64,000 nt of DNA from Eledone cirrhosa (Eukaryota), in assembly GCA_964016885.1 (NCBI GenBank), contig OZ024740.1, positions 204,290,001 to 204,354,000 of the forward strand, read 5' to 3'. The notes under the pieces are model-generated. The model was not told where the DNA came from, did no database searches, and worked only from the letters and a program-made list of their open reading frames with translations. Position numbers and translations under genes: made by a program. Within the stretch, counting starts at the first letter, position 1. Every line of letters begins with the position of its first letter. Positions 13,293 through 24,726 of the stretch are shown piece by piece.

Positions 13293-15252
13293 CTAAGAGA
13301 GAGAGAGGGAAGGTTTACTTACCTCCCGGGTCTTGTGAAGGTCGGGTGGTTCGACCTCCATGGTTGGTGAGGTTTCTTTTGGGAACCCCTTTAAAAGTCT
13401 TGATGTAGGTTTCACATTCGGGGTTCCCACGTCTTGAGGAAAGCTCTCTCGAATTTCTTTGAAGGAATTGAATGACATTCGGACCAGAAGAAAATCTTCT
13501 GGCACGCAAAATGTGCTCATTTCAAAAATCTCCCCCTCTGTTTGAATGTCCTCGCTTCGCGCTAAGAGGGCCATCAGTTTATCGTTGGCCCTTCTGACAA
13601 GCACGAAGTTTTTAACATTTTGTTGGTGTGGTTTTATTTGTTTTCGTTTTGGTGAAGGTGGTGGCGATGGTTTTGGTGGTGTTGTTTCGGGTATGTCTAT
13701 GTTTGTTGTAGGTGTGGTGTCTGCAATTTCAGGTATTTGTGTGTTTATTTGTACTTGTGTTTGTTTAGGTTGTTTGCGTTTCGGGGATTGTGGAGGTGGT
13801 GTCGATGTTGCTGTTGGTGATGATGTTATTGGGGAAGTGTTTGCGTTAGTGGTGTCTGTAATTTTTGTTGTGTGTGTTTTTGTGTTTTGTTGGGGCTTTT
13901 TTTTTTGTGAGTTTTCTCTGTTTTTTTTGCACTTTTGGGTTTTCCTTCATCTTCGCTGCTGGAAGACAAAGGGTCTGTGTCTGTGAGTGTCTCTGTGTCT
14001 GTGTGTGCGTTTATTGTTTTGTCTATGTGTATAATTGGGGGGTAGGGGGAGTGGGAGAGCTTTCCTCGTTTTCTCCTTGGATTGGTTTTGGTGTTGGTGG
14101 TGATCCGGCTGCTTTTGATGTTGAGTCCGTGTTTCTGTTGATGTTGTTTTTGGTGGTGGTGGTGGTGCAGCTTTCCGTGCTGACACTAGCGTTGGCAACA
14201 AAGGAGGTTTGCGACCCCCTGCATTTTTGCGCTGAGGGCAGAAGGCTTGAAGATGCGTTGCTTCCCCGCAGACGAAGCAGCGTGGCCTTCTTCCGTCAAT
14301 CATTAGTTGGATTGTTGTCCCGTCTTGCAGGCGGGCAAAATCCGGGATGTTATTCATATCTTCCGGTTTCATTTGGAGAAGAATCTCCAAATCGATTCCG
14401 GACCAGTCCTCTCTCTCTGTCCTTTTGATGTCCAGGAGGGTAGTGTCTGTCCCCTCCTCGATTACGCATCCCAGCAGCCACCATATGTTCATTCCTGGTG
14501 GGATGCTGGGAATGCGTACCTTCACTGTCCTTTTACCCATATAGGAAGGATGCATGATAATGCGTTCGGTTCTGCAGGGTCACCGAGTGCTTAATAGCGA
14601 GGGCCTCGGTTTTGAACAGTACCGAGATGGTACCGAACTGTTTGCCTCTTGCTTTGTACTCTATGTTACTTCCGATGTACTCCAAAGCAGCCTTTACCTC
14701 TGCTTGGCTCGCAAGTTCCACTTTTCGTGTCTGCACCGAAATGCATCAAAAGTACACCGTACTCCTTTGCATGGCCGCTATTGCCTCGTCCGGGATGGTC
14801 AGGTTTTCCCAGGACTTCTCCCGTTTAATTAGCCTCCACGCTTTGGCCAACTGTTCGTCTTTATCGCTAATATCAATATCAATATTCAATAAGCGCTTTG
14901 TTTTTGCTGCTGCTGCAGCAAATGTGGTGTTTTTGATGCTCTTATTGTTGCTGTTGCCACCGCCATCCTTGTTTACATTGAAGCTGTCGGTGTTATTGTC
15001 GTTATTGCTCTGAGTTGTTGTTGTTGTGGTGGTGGTGGTGGTGGTGGTGGCGGTGGTGGTGATGTCGTTTTCAGATGATACTGCTGCTATGGCAGAAGGT
15101 TGTGATGGTAGCTTTTGAGTTTTGCCTTCACATTCAGTAGAGTGGATGACAGGCATGACTGTAGCCGTCGTAGTCGTGGTGAAATCTGCAGTGGCTGCCG
15201 TTAAACTTTTGACCTGAACGTTGTTTACCGTTTCAAGGTCGAAAATTTCCAT
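13293..15252 (-). pseudogene. Family B ORF1 (gag-like), frameshifted
   Basis: ORFs 14746-15252, 14533-14736, 13947-14555 and 13293-13604 match the family A ORF1 layout (low-complexity N-terminus, RRM-like core, CCHC knuckle, T/P-rich linker). Confidence 0.85.
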
Positions 15253-15478
15253 AATTTTCTTTTGGTGGGGAAGCGATTTTTTTCGAAGTTTTTTAAAATA
15301 AATCTGAATATTCGGGCTTAAAGCCCGAATATTGAGAGGTATCCCTCTCTTTAAATCAAGATGTGTACCTTAAGTTTCGTTAATGACAAGAAAATACAAG
15401 AAAAAGACATTTTAAAACAGCTTAAAGTTACGAACCTTTTCTCCCGCAGATTTGTACTGTCTTCACACATGTGCGGCC

Positions 15479-15540
<62 letters not shown>
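15479..15540. repeat. (AAT)n spacer between the B 5' end and the A2 3' end
   Basis: About 20 perfect AAT units. Confidence 0.95.
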
Positions 15541-15542
<2 letters not shown>

Positions 15543-15790
15543 TTTCTTTATTAACCACAAGGGTTTACATAAAGTAGACATTAAGGACAGTGCAGGACAA
15601 TGCAGGACGGTACAAGTGGGCATTTCTGCGTGTAAAAAACAAAAACAGAGGATGCAACAAAAAATAACAATGAAAAATTCCCCAATAGGGGGGAGACTTC
15701 GGAGGGACATTTGTGGAGAAAGCCCAGTAAAAAGCCACAATGACCCTGACCACCAAGGCAAGTGCCCTCTCCCAGTTTTCCACCTTTAAT

Positions 15791-18700
15791 TTACAGATAT
15801 ATGCTCAGAGTAGGCCCATTCACTCGGGCCATTCTTGCTTCTCTCACCCATCTTTCAACAAAATGCTGGGAAGAGAGCACTTCCCTCTCTACTCTGATTT
15901 TCCTTTTCAAATGAAATTTGAAAAAGTCAATCAGAGCATCACCGAAGAGGTAAGTGCTCGTCTTCAGCCCTTTCAAACGTGTCCACCATACTATCTCTTT
16001 CACCATGGCCACCAGGCAGATAAAAACTGCCTGCCCTTCCCGGCTAAAGGAGGAGGGCGGGGCAATCCTCACGATGGACTCAGATGATAGCCGGATCCGT
16101 CCTAAACGCGACAGCAGGTGTTCGACATAAACCCACAAGTCAGCAATTTTCGGACACTGGACGAGTGCGTGCAGGACGGTTTCGTCGCCCTGCGCGCATC
16201 TCGGACATGCCCGGCTGACGGCACCTCCATGCCTGTAGAGTTTATCCCGAACTGGCAAGGCTCCTCGGTAGCACTGCCAGGCCAGAGATTTCTGGAAGTT
16301 GTCCATAGGCCCTGGCCCGAAAGTTCTTCCGAAGAGATTGGCTAGTTGATTTTCGTCGACGCCTAGAGTTTCCCCAAGTACGTCATCGCTCTTCCCCTCC
16401 ACTAATCCTCTATAGAACGCCGAGGTGGAGTTTCCACCGATCACATTGCCCGATTGGTCGAGGGCTGTGAGCGCCTGAAGACATTCCAGTCTCCAGGCGC
16501 TCCCTCTCGGTCTTCGCTTGACCCAGGACTGCAGCTCCGTCAAGGAAACGAGCTGGGGAAACACGCGCCTAGCAAACGGCGACCACACCTGATCACCGTC
16601 GAGGAAGAGGTGGAGATGTCGTAGCCTGAGCGCGTGCCTGCGCATCATCAGCCACGGCATGCCCAGCCCTCCACGTAGCGGGTGTTGACAACAGATGGAC
16701 CGCCTGACCATCGGAGCGCGTCCCTTCCACAAAAAGCGAAAGAGCAAACGCTCCAGCGCAGTCAGGCGAGGCTTAGGACAAGGTACGACGGTCAGACGGT
16801 AGCAGATGACGGACGCGATGTACGCGTTAGCCACCTCCGCTCGACCTTTCAGGGATAGCTTCCTCTCCGCCCATTTCTGGGTGAGAGAAGCCATCCTGCT
16901 CGTCACCTCGTCCCAGTTTTTGTCCGTCTGGAGGTCCGGACCGAACCAGACCCCTAGCAATTTAACCGGTCCGTCCGTCCAGCGTCCGACGACGCTGTTG
17001 GACGGCATGGACCTGCCTCTCCAGGTGCCGAGCTGCAGGCCCACTGACTTTTTCTGGTTGATCATTGCTCCTGTCACCGCTTCGTATTCTCTTAGTGTAG
17101 TGCCGATCGCCTCGATGTGTTTGGCGCTCGACACCACTACGGTGACATCGTCCGCATATGCTGACACTGATCTTCCGCATCCTAGTTCGCGCGGGACTCC
17201 CCTCAACGTCTCCAGTTTGTGCAGTAATGGCTCGAGAGTCAATACGTACAAGAGGGACGAGAGGGGACATCCTTGGCGGACCGAGCGCATGATGTTGAAC
17301 GGTTCCGACAGGTGACCGTTCACTCTCACCACAGAGCAGATGTCGCTGTGCATGGCAGCGATCCAGCCTCTGAAGACGGGCCCAAAGCCAGCCGCCCTCA
17401 GGACTGCCGCTAGGTAACGATGGTCGACCCTATCGAAAGCTTTCGACTGATCTAAATTGATCAAGGACCCACCCGTGCCAGGTTCCCTAGCTACCCTCTC
17501 TACGATGTATCGCATGAGATGGAGGTTGTCGTGGATGGATCTGTCGGGAATGGCGCATGTCTGCGCCTCTCCCACCAGACCACCAACGACAAGCGCCAAC
17601 CTCTTTGCTAGCACCTTGGCCAAAATCTTAAACTCTGTGTTTAGCAGAGTTATGGGCCGGAAATTGTCTATGTTATCCCCCTTGTTCGGATCCTTTCTCA
17701 GCAGTGCCACCGCTCCTCGGCTCACAGAACTGGGAATTCTCCCGTTCTGTTGCCAGTTGCAGTAGACGTCCGCCAAGAGGCCTCCGAACAAGTCTGGCAT
17801 CTGTACGTAAAGTTCATAGGGCAGACCATCCAAACCAGGCGATTTACCCCTTGTGCAGCCAGTCATTGCCTCCCTTACTTCAGCGGCTGTTATCGGCTTT
17901 TCGCAACACTTCGCCTCAGTGGCCGAGAGCCGCGGCAGTCCGTCGAGGTAGACACTAAAGTCCATCCCTCTACCCGGCCCCCCGCTGCCCCCGAACAGCT
18001 GAGCGAAGTGTCGCTGAAAAGCTTCACACATTTGCCCGGGATCGAGTAGCATGCGCCCGTCGTGGTCCACCAAAGACCGGATCGTGGCTTTGTTGCCACG
18101 ACGCGCCTCCGCCACTCGGGCCCATTGAACGGCTTTCGTCCCCTCGTGTCTGAGAGCACGCACCCTAGCTCTGACAACGCAGCCTTCGTGCTTTGCATTG
18201 AAGAATTGGTCAAGGGCCAATTTCGCCGCAAGCACGTCGGTCGTAATGCCTTTGCTAAGCGCCTCGTCTAATTTTTTAACTAGTTCTCCCTCTGCTCTAT
18301 TTTTCTCTATTGCTAAAGCCTTACTAAACCCTAATCGATTCTATTCTAATCGCTCTTTTCAGAGCAAACCACCACTTGTTGTTGACGATGGCCCCCGTCA
18401 ACGCCCGCTTAACTAGTTCGCTAATCCGGTCTCTGTAGGCCTTGCGCGCTGGTAAGGACGCGTTTAGCTTCCAGTAGCCGGGTCCTCGTCTATGAAGCCT
18501 ATCTAAGTCAAGCACACAGGTCACGAATTTGTGGTCCGTGTAGCTGACTATCTTGAATTGTGGACAGCCTATGCTAGACCTATCTATTTCCCTACAAAAT
18601 ACTCTATCTAGATATGATCTGGATGACCCTACGCTATTTGTCCAAGTCCACATTGGCACATTCGGGAAATCCAATCGGTACCTGTCAGACAGTTCAAAAC

Positions 18701-19211
18701 GCCTGAGCAGGTTGGTGAGGCTCTTGCACCCTCCACCCCTATCCGCTAATCCCACACAGTCCCAGCGTGCATCTAAGATCCCGTTCCAGTCGCCCACTAA
18801 CACTAAAGAGCGGGACGTTCCAAGAAAGGTCTCCAGACGCCGGAAGAAATCAGGCCGCCCTGCTCCTGTCGGGGCATAGACGGCCACTAGCCTGAAAGCT
18901 TGCCCGTCTCCGCTGGTCACGTCCAGCACCACCAGCTTGCCCTCTGGGTCCAGGAAGATGGCCCGTATGGCGAGATCCAAACCTCTCCGAAAAAGCACAG
19001 CAACTCCTCCACCCGATCCAGGACGGCTGGGAGATGCGTACACATCGTAGCCGCCGAAGATCGGTGCGAAGGCCCGTGCTTCGGAGATTCTGGTCTCGCT
19101 GATGGCCACTACATCTATGTTTAGTGACCTGAGGTCGTTGAGCAGGTGACCCTGCTTCCATGACGACCCCAAGCCACGCGCATTTATGCTGCCTATTCTG
19201 AGTGAGGTCAT
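15791..19211 (-). pseudogene. Family A2 ORF2 (APE-RT-CCHC) with one frameshift
   Basis: ORFs 18324-19211 and 15791-18235 join if one C is removed at ~18330 (aaaccctaa versus aaacctaa in A1); catalytic motifs GDWN, YLDR, TDH and YADD are present. Confidence 0.9.
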
Positions 19212-19246
19212 GCTTAAAATAGAGTGGAAAAGATGGGAAAGACCAC

Positions 19247-21328
19247 TTACCGTACTTTTCGTAGAGGAGGGATGGTTTTTACATCCCTTTTCACTTGATC
19301 GTCTGGTGAAGGGACCGTTGAATCGTCCCTTCGGCTGGTCGTCGGCTCTTCTAAGAGAATGTCTGAGTATACTCTTCGATTGATGGTTCCTCCTAGGTCC
19401 CTGAAATCACCAACTGCGTTGGGGAATTTCGTTTTAATGTTTGTGTATTGTTTCTGTGCTATTTTTAGCAGTCTTATGTTAGTTGGCGTTTTGATTGGTG
19501 CTGGTATTATGTAGTCCTGTTGTGAAATGTCTGTGTGTTCAATTATGTAAGTCATTAGTTTCTTGTTGTGTGTATTTATTGCCGTGCATTTGTTTTTCTG
19601 GGGGTGGGGTGTGGTTCTACTATTTTCTTGTCGTTGTTGCTGGGTGTGTGTGTTTTGTTGTTGTGTTTGCGATGTTGGTGCTTGTGGTGGTGGTGTTAAA
19701 GGTGTTGTTGGCGGTGGTGATGGTGGTGCTAGTGTGGGTGGTGATGGTGTTGGTGTTGTTGCTGCTGTGGGTCTCTTTGCAGTAGACTTTACCCTTTTCT
19801 CATTTCTTTCCTCCCTTTTCAAAGGCGACGATGCGCTGCTTCTGCGTTTGTGCCTTCTTACGACCTTTTGCCATCCCTCTCCCACCTCACACTCCATGTC
19901 TGATTCTGTGAGGTCGGGGAGGGGTACCAGCTCCACTCTTTCACTTGTTGTTGGTGATGTTTGCACTGGAGTCTCTGTTGCAGCTGCATTTGGTATTGCT
20001 GTTGTTGTTGTTGTTAATATTTCCACTGCTGCTGCTGTTTTTGATTTCCGTGGAGTGGGTATGGGTGCCACGGACCTATCGTTCCTGGTTGCCGCTTGTC
20101 CTGTTGCTGGTAGCCGTGGAGCCGGTTTCGGAAGGAGGGGGGTTTTCTCCTTTCTCAGGGTCTTCTCGTTGCAGAAGGCCCTGAGGTGAGTCTTCGATCC
20201 ACAGCGAAAGCATTTCGGGCGTTTGCCCTCAACACTTATGGGCAGTTGTGTTCCGTTATCGAAGTCTATCACATCCGGGATAGCTTCGATGCACTCCTGG
20301 TTGGTTTGGATTAGCATCTCAATGGAGGAGCCGACCCAATCTTCTCTTACTTTTTTCTGTACTTGCAGTACAGTTGTTTTGTCCTCGATTCCGACGAGGA
20401 CAGACGCGGCCAGCCAAGAAGGGGTCATTCCGGGGGGGACGTGGGTTAGTTTGACCCTCACAATTTTTTGCCCACAGTAGGAGGGCACCAACACCATTTC
20501 CTCGCTCCTTAGGGTCACTACTGATTGGGCCTTTGCCTCCTGGGGTGTGGCAAAAAGTACGTCTACGGTGGCATATTTTTTCCCTCGGGTGATGTGCGTT
20601 TTCCGCTGCCACACAGACCCCAAGGCTTTTTGTATTTGGGCCTCTGTGGCTCTTTCCACCCTACGGGATTTTGTACTTACTGTACGGTACGTGACCGTAC
20701 AGTGCTCTTGGGTTTCGAAAAATTTTTCCGCTGCCTTGCAGATTGCTCGGTGTCCGTTCTTTGTAACCATCTTCTTCGCTTCCTCTAATTCCTCATTTGT
20801 TATGAGGATTGTTTCCAAGTTTTTCGCAATACCTGCAAATGAGATTGGTTTTTCTCTGCTGTTGTTGTTGTCGTCAGAGCTGCTGGTACTTTTGTTGTTG
20901 CTGCAGGTACTACGACTACTGCCTCCGCCGCTGTTGCTGTGGTTGTTGTTGGTGTTGCTGCTGCTAATGCTGTTGTTGTTTATGCTGCTGGTGATGCTGT
21001 TGCGGCTGCTACTGTTGTTTTCATTGTCACTGTTGCTGTTGTTATTACGGCTGCTACTGCTATTATTCCTGACGTCAGACGAATGAACTGGGTTTTCGTA
21101 TTTCCCGCACACCTGTTTCGTCGCTGTCGTCGTCGTCGTGGAGAAACTTTGCACGCTTTGCACGAGACTTTTCTTTTCTTTCGTCACTTGCGAAAGAGAA
21201 GGGAGGGAGAGAGACACATTTAAAGAAGGGAGGGAGAGAGACAATCTTCTCTCTGCTGTAGTGATGATTGAGGAAGAAGAAGACGGAATGAGTGGGAGTG
21301 ACGTATGAAATTTCTTTTTCGTAGCCAT
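19247..21328 (-). CDS. Family A2 ORF1, 693 aa gag-like RNA-binding protein
   Basis: Uninterrupted ORF; single CX2CX4HX4C knuckle; N/S-rich and T/P/Q-rich low-complexity tracts. Confidence 0.9.
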   Translation of the reverse strand: MATKKKFHTSLPLIPSSSSSIITTAERRLSLSLPSLNVSLSLPSLSQVTKEKKSLVQSVQSFSTTTTTATKQVCGKYENPVHSSDVRNNSSSSRNNNSNSDNENNSSSRNSITSSINNNSISSSNTNNNHSNSGGGSSRSTCSNNKSTSSSDDNNNSREKPISFAGIAKNLETILITNEELEEAKKMVTKNGHRAICKAAEKFFETQEHCTVTYRTVSTKSRRVERATEAQIQKALGSVWQRKTHITRGKKYATVDVLFATPQEAKAQSVVTLRSEEMVLVPSYCGQKIVRVKLTHVPPGMTPSWLAASVLVGIEDKTTVLQVQKKVREDWVGSSIEMLIQTNQECIEAIPDVIDFDNGTQLPISVEGKRPKCFRCGSKTHLRAFCNEKTLRKEKTPLLPKPAPRLPATGQAATRNDRSVAPIPTPRKSKTAAAVEILTTTTTAIPNAAATETPVQTSPTTSERVELVPLPDLTESDMECEVGEGWQKVVRRHKRRSSASSPLKREERNEKRVKSTAKRPTAATTPTPSPPTLAPPSPPPTTPLTPPPQAPTSQTQQQNTHTQQQRQENSRTTPHPQKNKCTAINTHNKKLMTYIIEHTDISQQDYIIPAPIKTPTNIRLLKIAQKQYTNIKTKFPNAVGDFRDLGGTINRRVYSDILLEEPTTSRRDDSTVPSPDDQVKRDVKTIPPLRKVR

Positions 21329-21533
21329 GTTGTTTTTTGTTTAAAATGAATATTGGGTACAAAACCCCAATAACTGGTCATTTAGCCCCGAAGGGCCAAA
21401 TAACGGACAGAAAGATCCCTCTCACGAGGAGGAGGGTGTCTTTATCAACAATTTGGTTCAAGTTTTAAACAATTTACAATTGTTTTAACGGTTAAAAATT
21501 ACTATACCTTACAGAGCCGAGCCTCCGTCAACC

Positions 21534-24500
21534 ATGGCATTCAATAATAATAATAATAATGAGAATGAACTTGCCAACTTGAAGGATGAAATTATGATCG
21601 AATGGATGAAAATGAAAGAATCTGACATGGGGCAACGAGACACCCTCCCTAAGATCCAGAACTCCAAACAGAACCAAAAGATAATACACAAGACTAACAT
21701 AATTCTCAAAAACATTATCATCACAAACAAACTAAACATTACTGATTTAAATCATCTCTATTATGCATCGGCTAAAGTCACCACTCACTTATGTGGAGTG
21801 AAGATGAAAAAACAAAGGAATTCCCACAAGAAATCTACTTGGCAAGAGAACATCAATCGCCAAATAAACCTTCTCCGATCTGACATAGACATTTTAACAA
21901 ACTATAAAGTAGGTGAACATGTTAAACAAACTAAACTTAGAAAATTGAAAAAAAAGTACAGTATAAAATCAACATGTGACATAGACATGCTGATAGAAAT
22001 AATCAAGCAAAAAGTGTCGGCCAAAGCTGCTCGTATAAGGCGCTTTGAAAAACGATCTAGATTCTATAAGGACAATAATATGTTCAAAAACAACCAAAGA
22101 AACTTCTACAGAAAAATTGGTAAGTCAACAATAACTGTTAAATCAATACCACCCAAGGAGGAAGTGCAAGAATTCTGGGAAAAGATCTGGGCCGAAGAAA
22201 AAGTTCATAACATACATGCCCCATGGATAGACAGACAAATGAAAGATACAGCTCACCTTGAGGAACAAACATGGGAAAATATAACAGTTGAACAGTTGCG
22301 CTTGGCTCTAAGAAAAACCAGCAAATGGAAATCCCCAGGAAAAGACAAAATACAAAACTTTTGGATAAATGCCTTCACAGAGTCTCATGAGCTGTTAGCC
22401 CAACTTTACAATGAAATAGTTAAGGAGCCAGAAAAGATACCATCATGGCTAGTTAACGGCATTACATTCCTGCTTCCGAAGAATGATGAGACAAACAATC
22501 CCCAAAATTACAGACCGATAACTTGCTTGACCACAATGTATAAAATTTTAACATCAGTCCTAACTGAATACACATATGACCACCTGATAACAAATGACCT
22601 ATTTCCCATTGAGCAGAAAGGGTGTAAACGAGGCTCATATGGCTGTAAGGATCAGCTTCTGGTTAACAAAATGATACTGGAAGATTGTCATAATAGACAC
22701 AAAAATCTATCGATTGCTTGGATAGATTATAAAAAAGCATTCGATAGTTTGCCACACAGTTGGATTGAAAAATGTTTAGAGATTTTCAAAATATCCCCCG
22801 TTGTCAGGAGGTTTTTGTCATTCAGTATGAAGACATGGAAAACGACACTCCTTTTGAATAGTGAAACAAAATCACTGGAAGCTGGAGAAGTTAATATTAA
22901 TTGTGGAATTTTTCAGGGTGACTCTTTATCACCGCTTTTATTCTGCATTGCACTTATACCATTAAGTAAAATGCTCAATGAAACAAAACATGGATATAAA
23001 GTCTATGACAAAACCATTAATCACCTGTTCTACTTGGATGACCTGAAACTATTTGCAAAAAATTATGAACAATTGCAAGGGCTATTATCCACTGTGAAGC
23101 AGTTCAGTGATGACATTAAAATGGAGTTTGGACTAGATAAATGCGCCAAAGCAACGTTCACCAGAGGAAAGCTGCTGAAGAGTTCAGACATTAATCTTGA
23201 TCGGGGGAACGTGATAAGAGAAGTTGATCAAGAAAAAACTTACAAATATCTAGGTGTTTGTGAAGGAGACGGAATGAAGCACTCGACAATGAGGGAAAGG
23301 ATAAGGAAGGAATGTTACCGCAGAGTAAGAGCAATCTTAAGAACGGAATTGAATGCAAGGAATAGGATCGATGCCATAAACATGCTTGCCATACCAGTAG
23401 TAACCTACAGTTACAATGTCATCAACTGGTCAAGCACAGAGATCCGTAGGCTCGATACAAAAATTCGAAAATTCTTAACCATGCACAGAATGCATCACCC
23501 TAAGGCAGATATAGATAGAATATATCTCCCTAGGAAAGAAGGAGGACGTGTGTTAATCCAGTTAGACATTGCGTTGAAAACTGCAACAATTGGATTATCT
23601 ACATATCTAAGGGAATCACATGATTGGATGATCAAACTCGTTTTGAAACACGAAAGCATCAAAAGATCATATTCCATTACAAAAGATGCACAAAGATACA
23701 GTAATGGACTACAAATTTCAGAAGTCCCATTTACTGCTGAAATGGAAAACACAAAAAAAGCAAAGCAGGTAAAAGTAACTGCAAAGAAAGAACTGCTACA
23801 GAAACTGGCTAAGAAATGGCAAGAAAAGCCTCTGTATGGAAAATACCCAGAGCGAGCTAACAATCCTGATGTTGACAAAACTTTAACCCATCAGTGGTTG
23901 GCATCCTCTGGACTGAAATCGGAGACTGAAGGACTGATTATATCGGCACAAGATCAGTGTCTGCCAACAAAAAATTACCAAGCCAACATAAAAAAAAATG
24001 GGTGCAGCCCATTATGCCGTGTATGCAAAAAACAACCAGAGACCATTGACCATATAATTTCAATGTGCAGTCCTATAGCTCCAACCGAATACCTAAACAG
24101 GCATGACAGAGCTGCACAATACATACATTGGATAATGTGTAAGCATTTTGACCTGCCCCATCAAAAGAATTGGTGGGAGCATCAACCACCTCCCATACTT
24201 GAAAAAGATCACATCTCAATCTTGTGGAACTTTAGCATCCAAACAGACCGAAAAATAGATGCAAATAGACCTGATATAATACTGAAGGGCTTTAAAAAGA
24301 GGGTATGCCTGCTAATTGATATGTCCGTTCCAATAGACAAAAATGTATCTATAAAAACATTTGAAAAATTGAGCAAGTGTAAGGACCTGGAGATAGAAAT
24401 TGGAAAAATATGGAAATTGAGAACTAAAACAATACCAGTGGTTGTAGGCGCTCTAGGAATGATACCTAAGGGGTCTAATGATTACTTATCGCAAATCCCA

Positions 24501-24581
24501 GGAAACCCGTATATAGGAGAAATACAAAAGATAGTACTAATGGGAACTGCCCATATACTAAGGAAGATTCTGTCAATATAA
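21534..24581 (+). CDS. RT + CCHC + restriction-like endonuclease ORF (1015 aa; first 9 codons come from the A2 end and the microsatellite)
   Basis: YRPITCL, WIDYKKAFDSLPH, GIFQGDSLSPLLF, HLFYLDDLKLF, CRVC..ETIDHIISMC, RHD, NRPDII..LIDMSVP, EKLSKC (canonical KY appears mutated). Confidence 0.85.
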   Translation: MAFNNNNNNENELANLKDEIMIEWMKMKESDMGQRDTLPKIQNSKQNQKIIHKTNIILKNIIITNKLNITDLNHLYYASAKVTTHLCGVKMKKQRNSHKKSTWQENINRQINLLRSDIDILTNYKVGEHVKQTKLRKLKKKYSIKSTCDIDMLIEIIKQKVSAKAARIRRFEKRSRFYKDNNMFKNNQRNFYRKIGKSTITVKSIPPKEEVQEFWEKIWAEEKVHNIHAPWIDRQMKDTAHLEEQTWENITVEQLRLALRKTSKWKSPGKDKIQNFWINAFTESHELLAQLYNEIVKEPEKIPSWLVNGITFLLPKNDETNNPQNYRPITCLTTMYKILTSVLTEYTYDHLITNDLFPIEQKGCKRGSYGCKDQLLVNKMILEDCHNRHKNLSIAWIDYKKAFDSLPHSWIEKCLEIFKISPVVRRFLSFSMKTWKTTLLLNSETKSLEAGEVNINCGIFQGDSLSPLLFCIALIPLSKMLNETKHGYKVYDKTINHLFYLDDLKLFAKNYEQLQGLLSTVKQFSDDIKMEFGLDKCAKATFTRGKLLKSSDINLDRGNVIREVDQEKTYKYLGVCEGDGMKHSTMRERIRKECYRRVRAILRTELNARNRIDAINMLAIPVVTYSYNVINWSSTEIRRLDTKIRKFLTMHRMHHPKADIDRIYLPRKEGGRVLIQLDIALKTATIGLSTYLRESHDWMIKLVLKHESIKRSYSITKDAQRYSNGLQISEVPFTAEMENTKKAKQVKVTAKKELLQKLAKKWQEKPLYGKYPERANNPDVDKTLTHQWLASSGLKSETEGLIISAQDQCLPTKNYQANIKKNGCSPLCRVCKKQPETIDHIISMCSPIAPTEYLNRHDRAAQYIHWIMCKHFDLPHQKNWWEHQPPPILEKDHISILWNFSIQTDRKIDANRPDIILKGFKKRVCLLIDMSVPIDKNVSIKTFEKLSKCKDLEIEIGKIWKLRTKTIPVVVGALGMIPKGSNDYLSQIPGNPYIGEIQKIVLMGTAHILRKILSI

Positions 24582-24726
24582 GTACATCACAAGTCTAAAC
24601 GCCTAAAGATGTATGTGTGAGTATGTATGTTCTTTCTTGAACATGGCGGACCTTGTTGTCTCTTGAGGTCACTGGTTGTTACTTGGTGATAACTCGTACG
24701 AACATAAAGCAAGATAGATGCAGCTG
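21561..24726 (+). mobile_element. R4/Dong-clade RLE non-LTR retrotransposon, 5'-truncated, with (TAA)n tail
   Basis: (AAT)6 at 21543-21560 and (TAA)n at 24727-24746 flank it; Dong-type elements are known to target TAA repeats. Confidence 0.9.

Larger units (their letters stand above)
9612..15478 (-). mobile_element. Full-length Tx1/L1-clade non-LTR retrotransposon, family B (defective)
   Basis: ORF1 pieces with CFVCGEATHLQAFC; ORF2 APE-RT-CCHC homologous to but clearly diverged from family A; AATAAA at 3' end; 5' end abuts (AAT)n. Confidence 0.92.
15541..21542 (-). mobile_element. Full-length Tx1/L1-clade retrotransposon, family A copy 2 (near intact)
   Basis: Intact ORF1; ORF2 with a single +1 indel; same termini as A1; flanked by (AAT)n. 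Confidence 0.95.

Noticed and set aside
7288-21223. Hydrophobic V/L/G-rich + strand ORFs resembling membrane proteins
   Set aside because: Antisense shadows of low-complexity tracts in Tx1 ORF1
3699-21542. A1 and A2 as LTRs, a segmental duplication or an assembly artefact
   Set aside because: Each is a complete two-ORF non-LTR element with its own substitutions and indels, and the flanking elements differ
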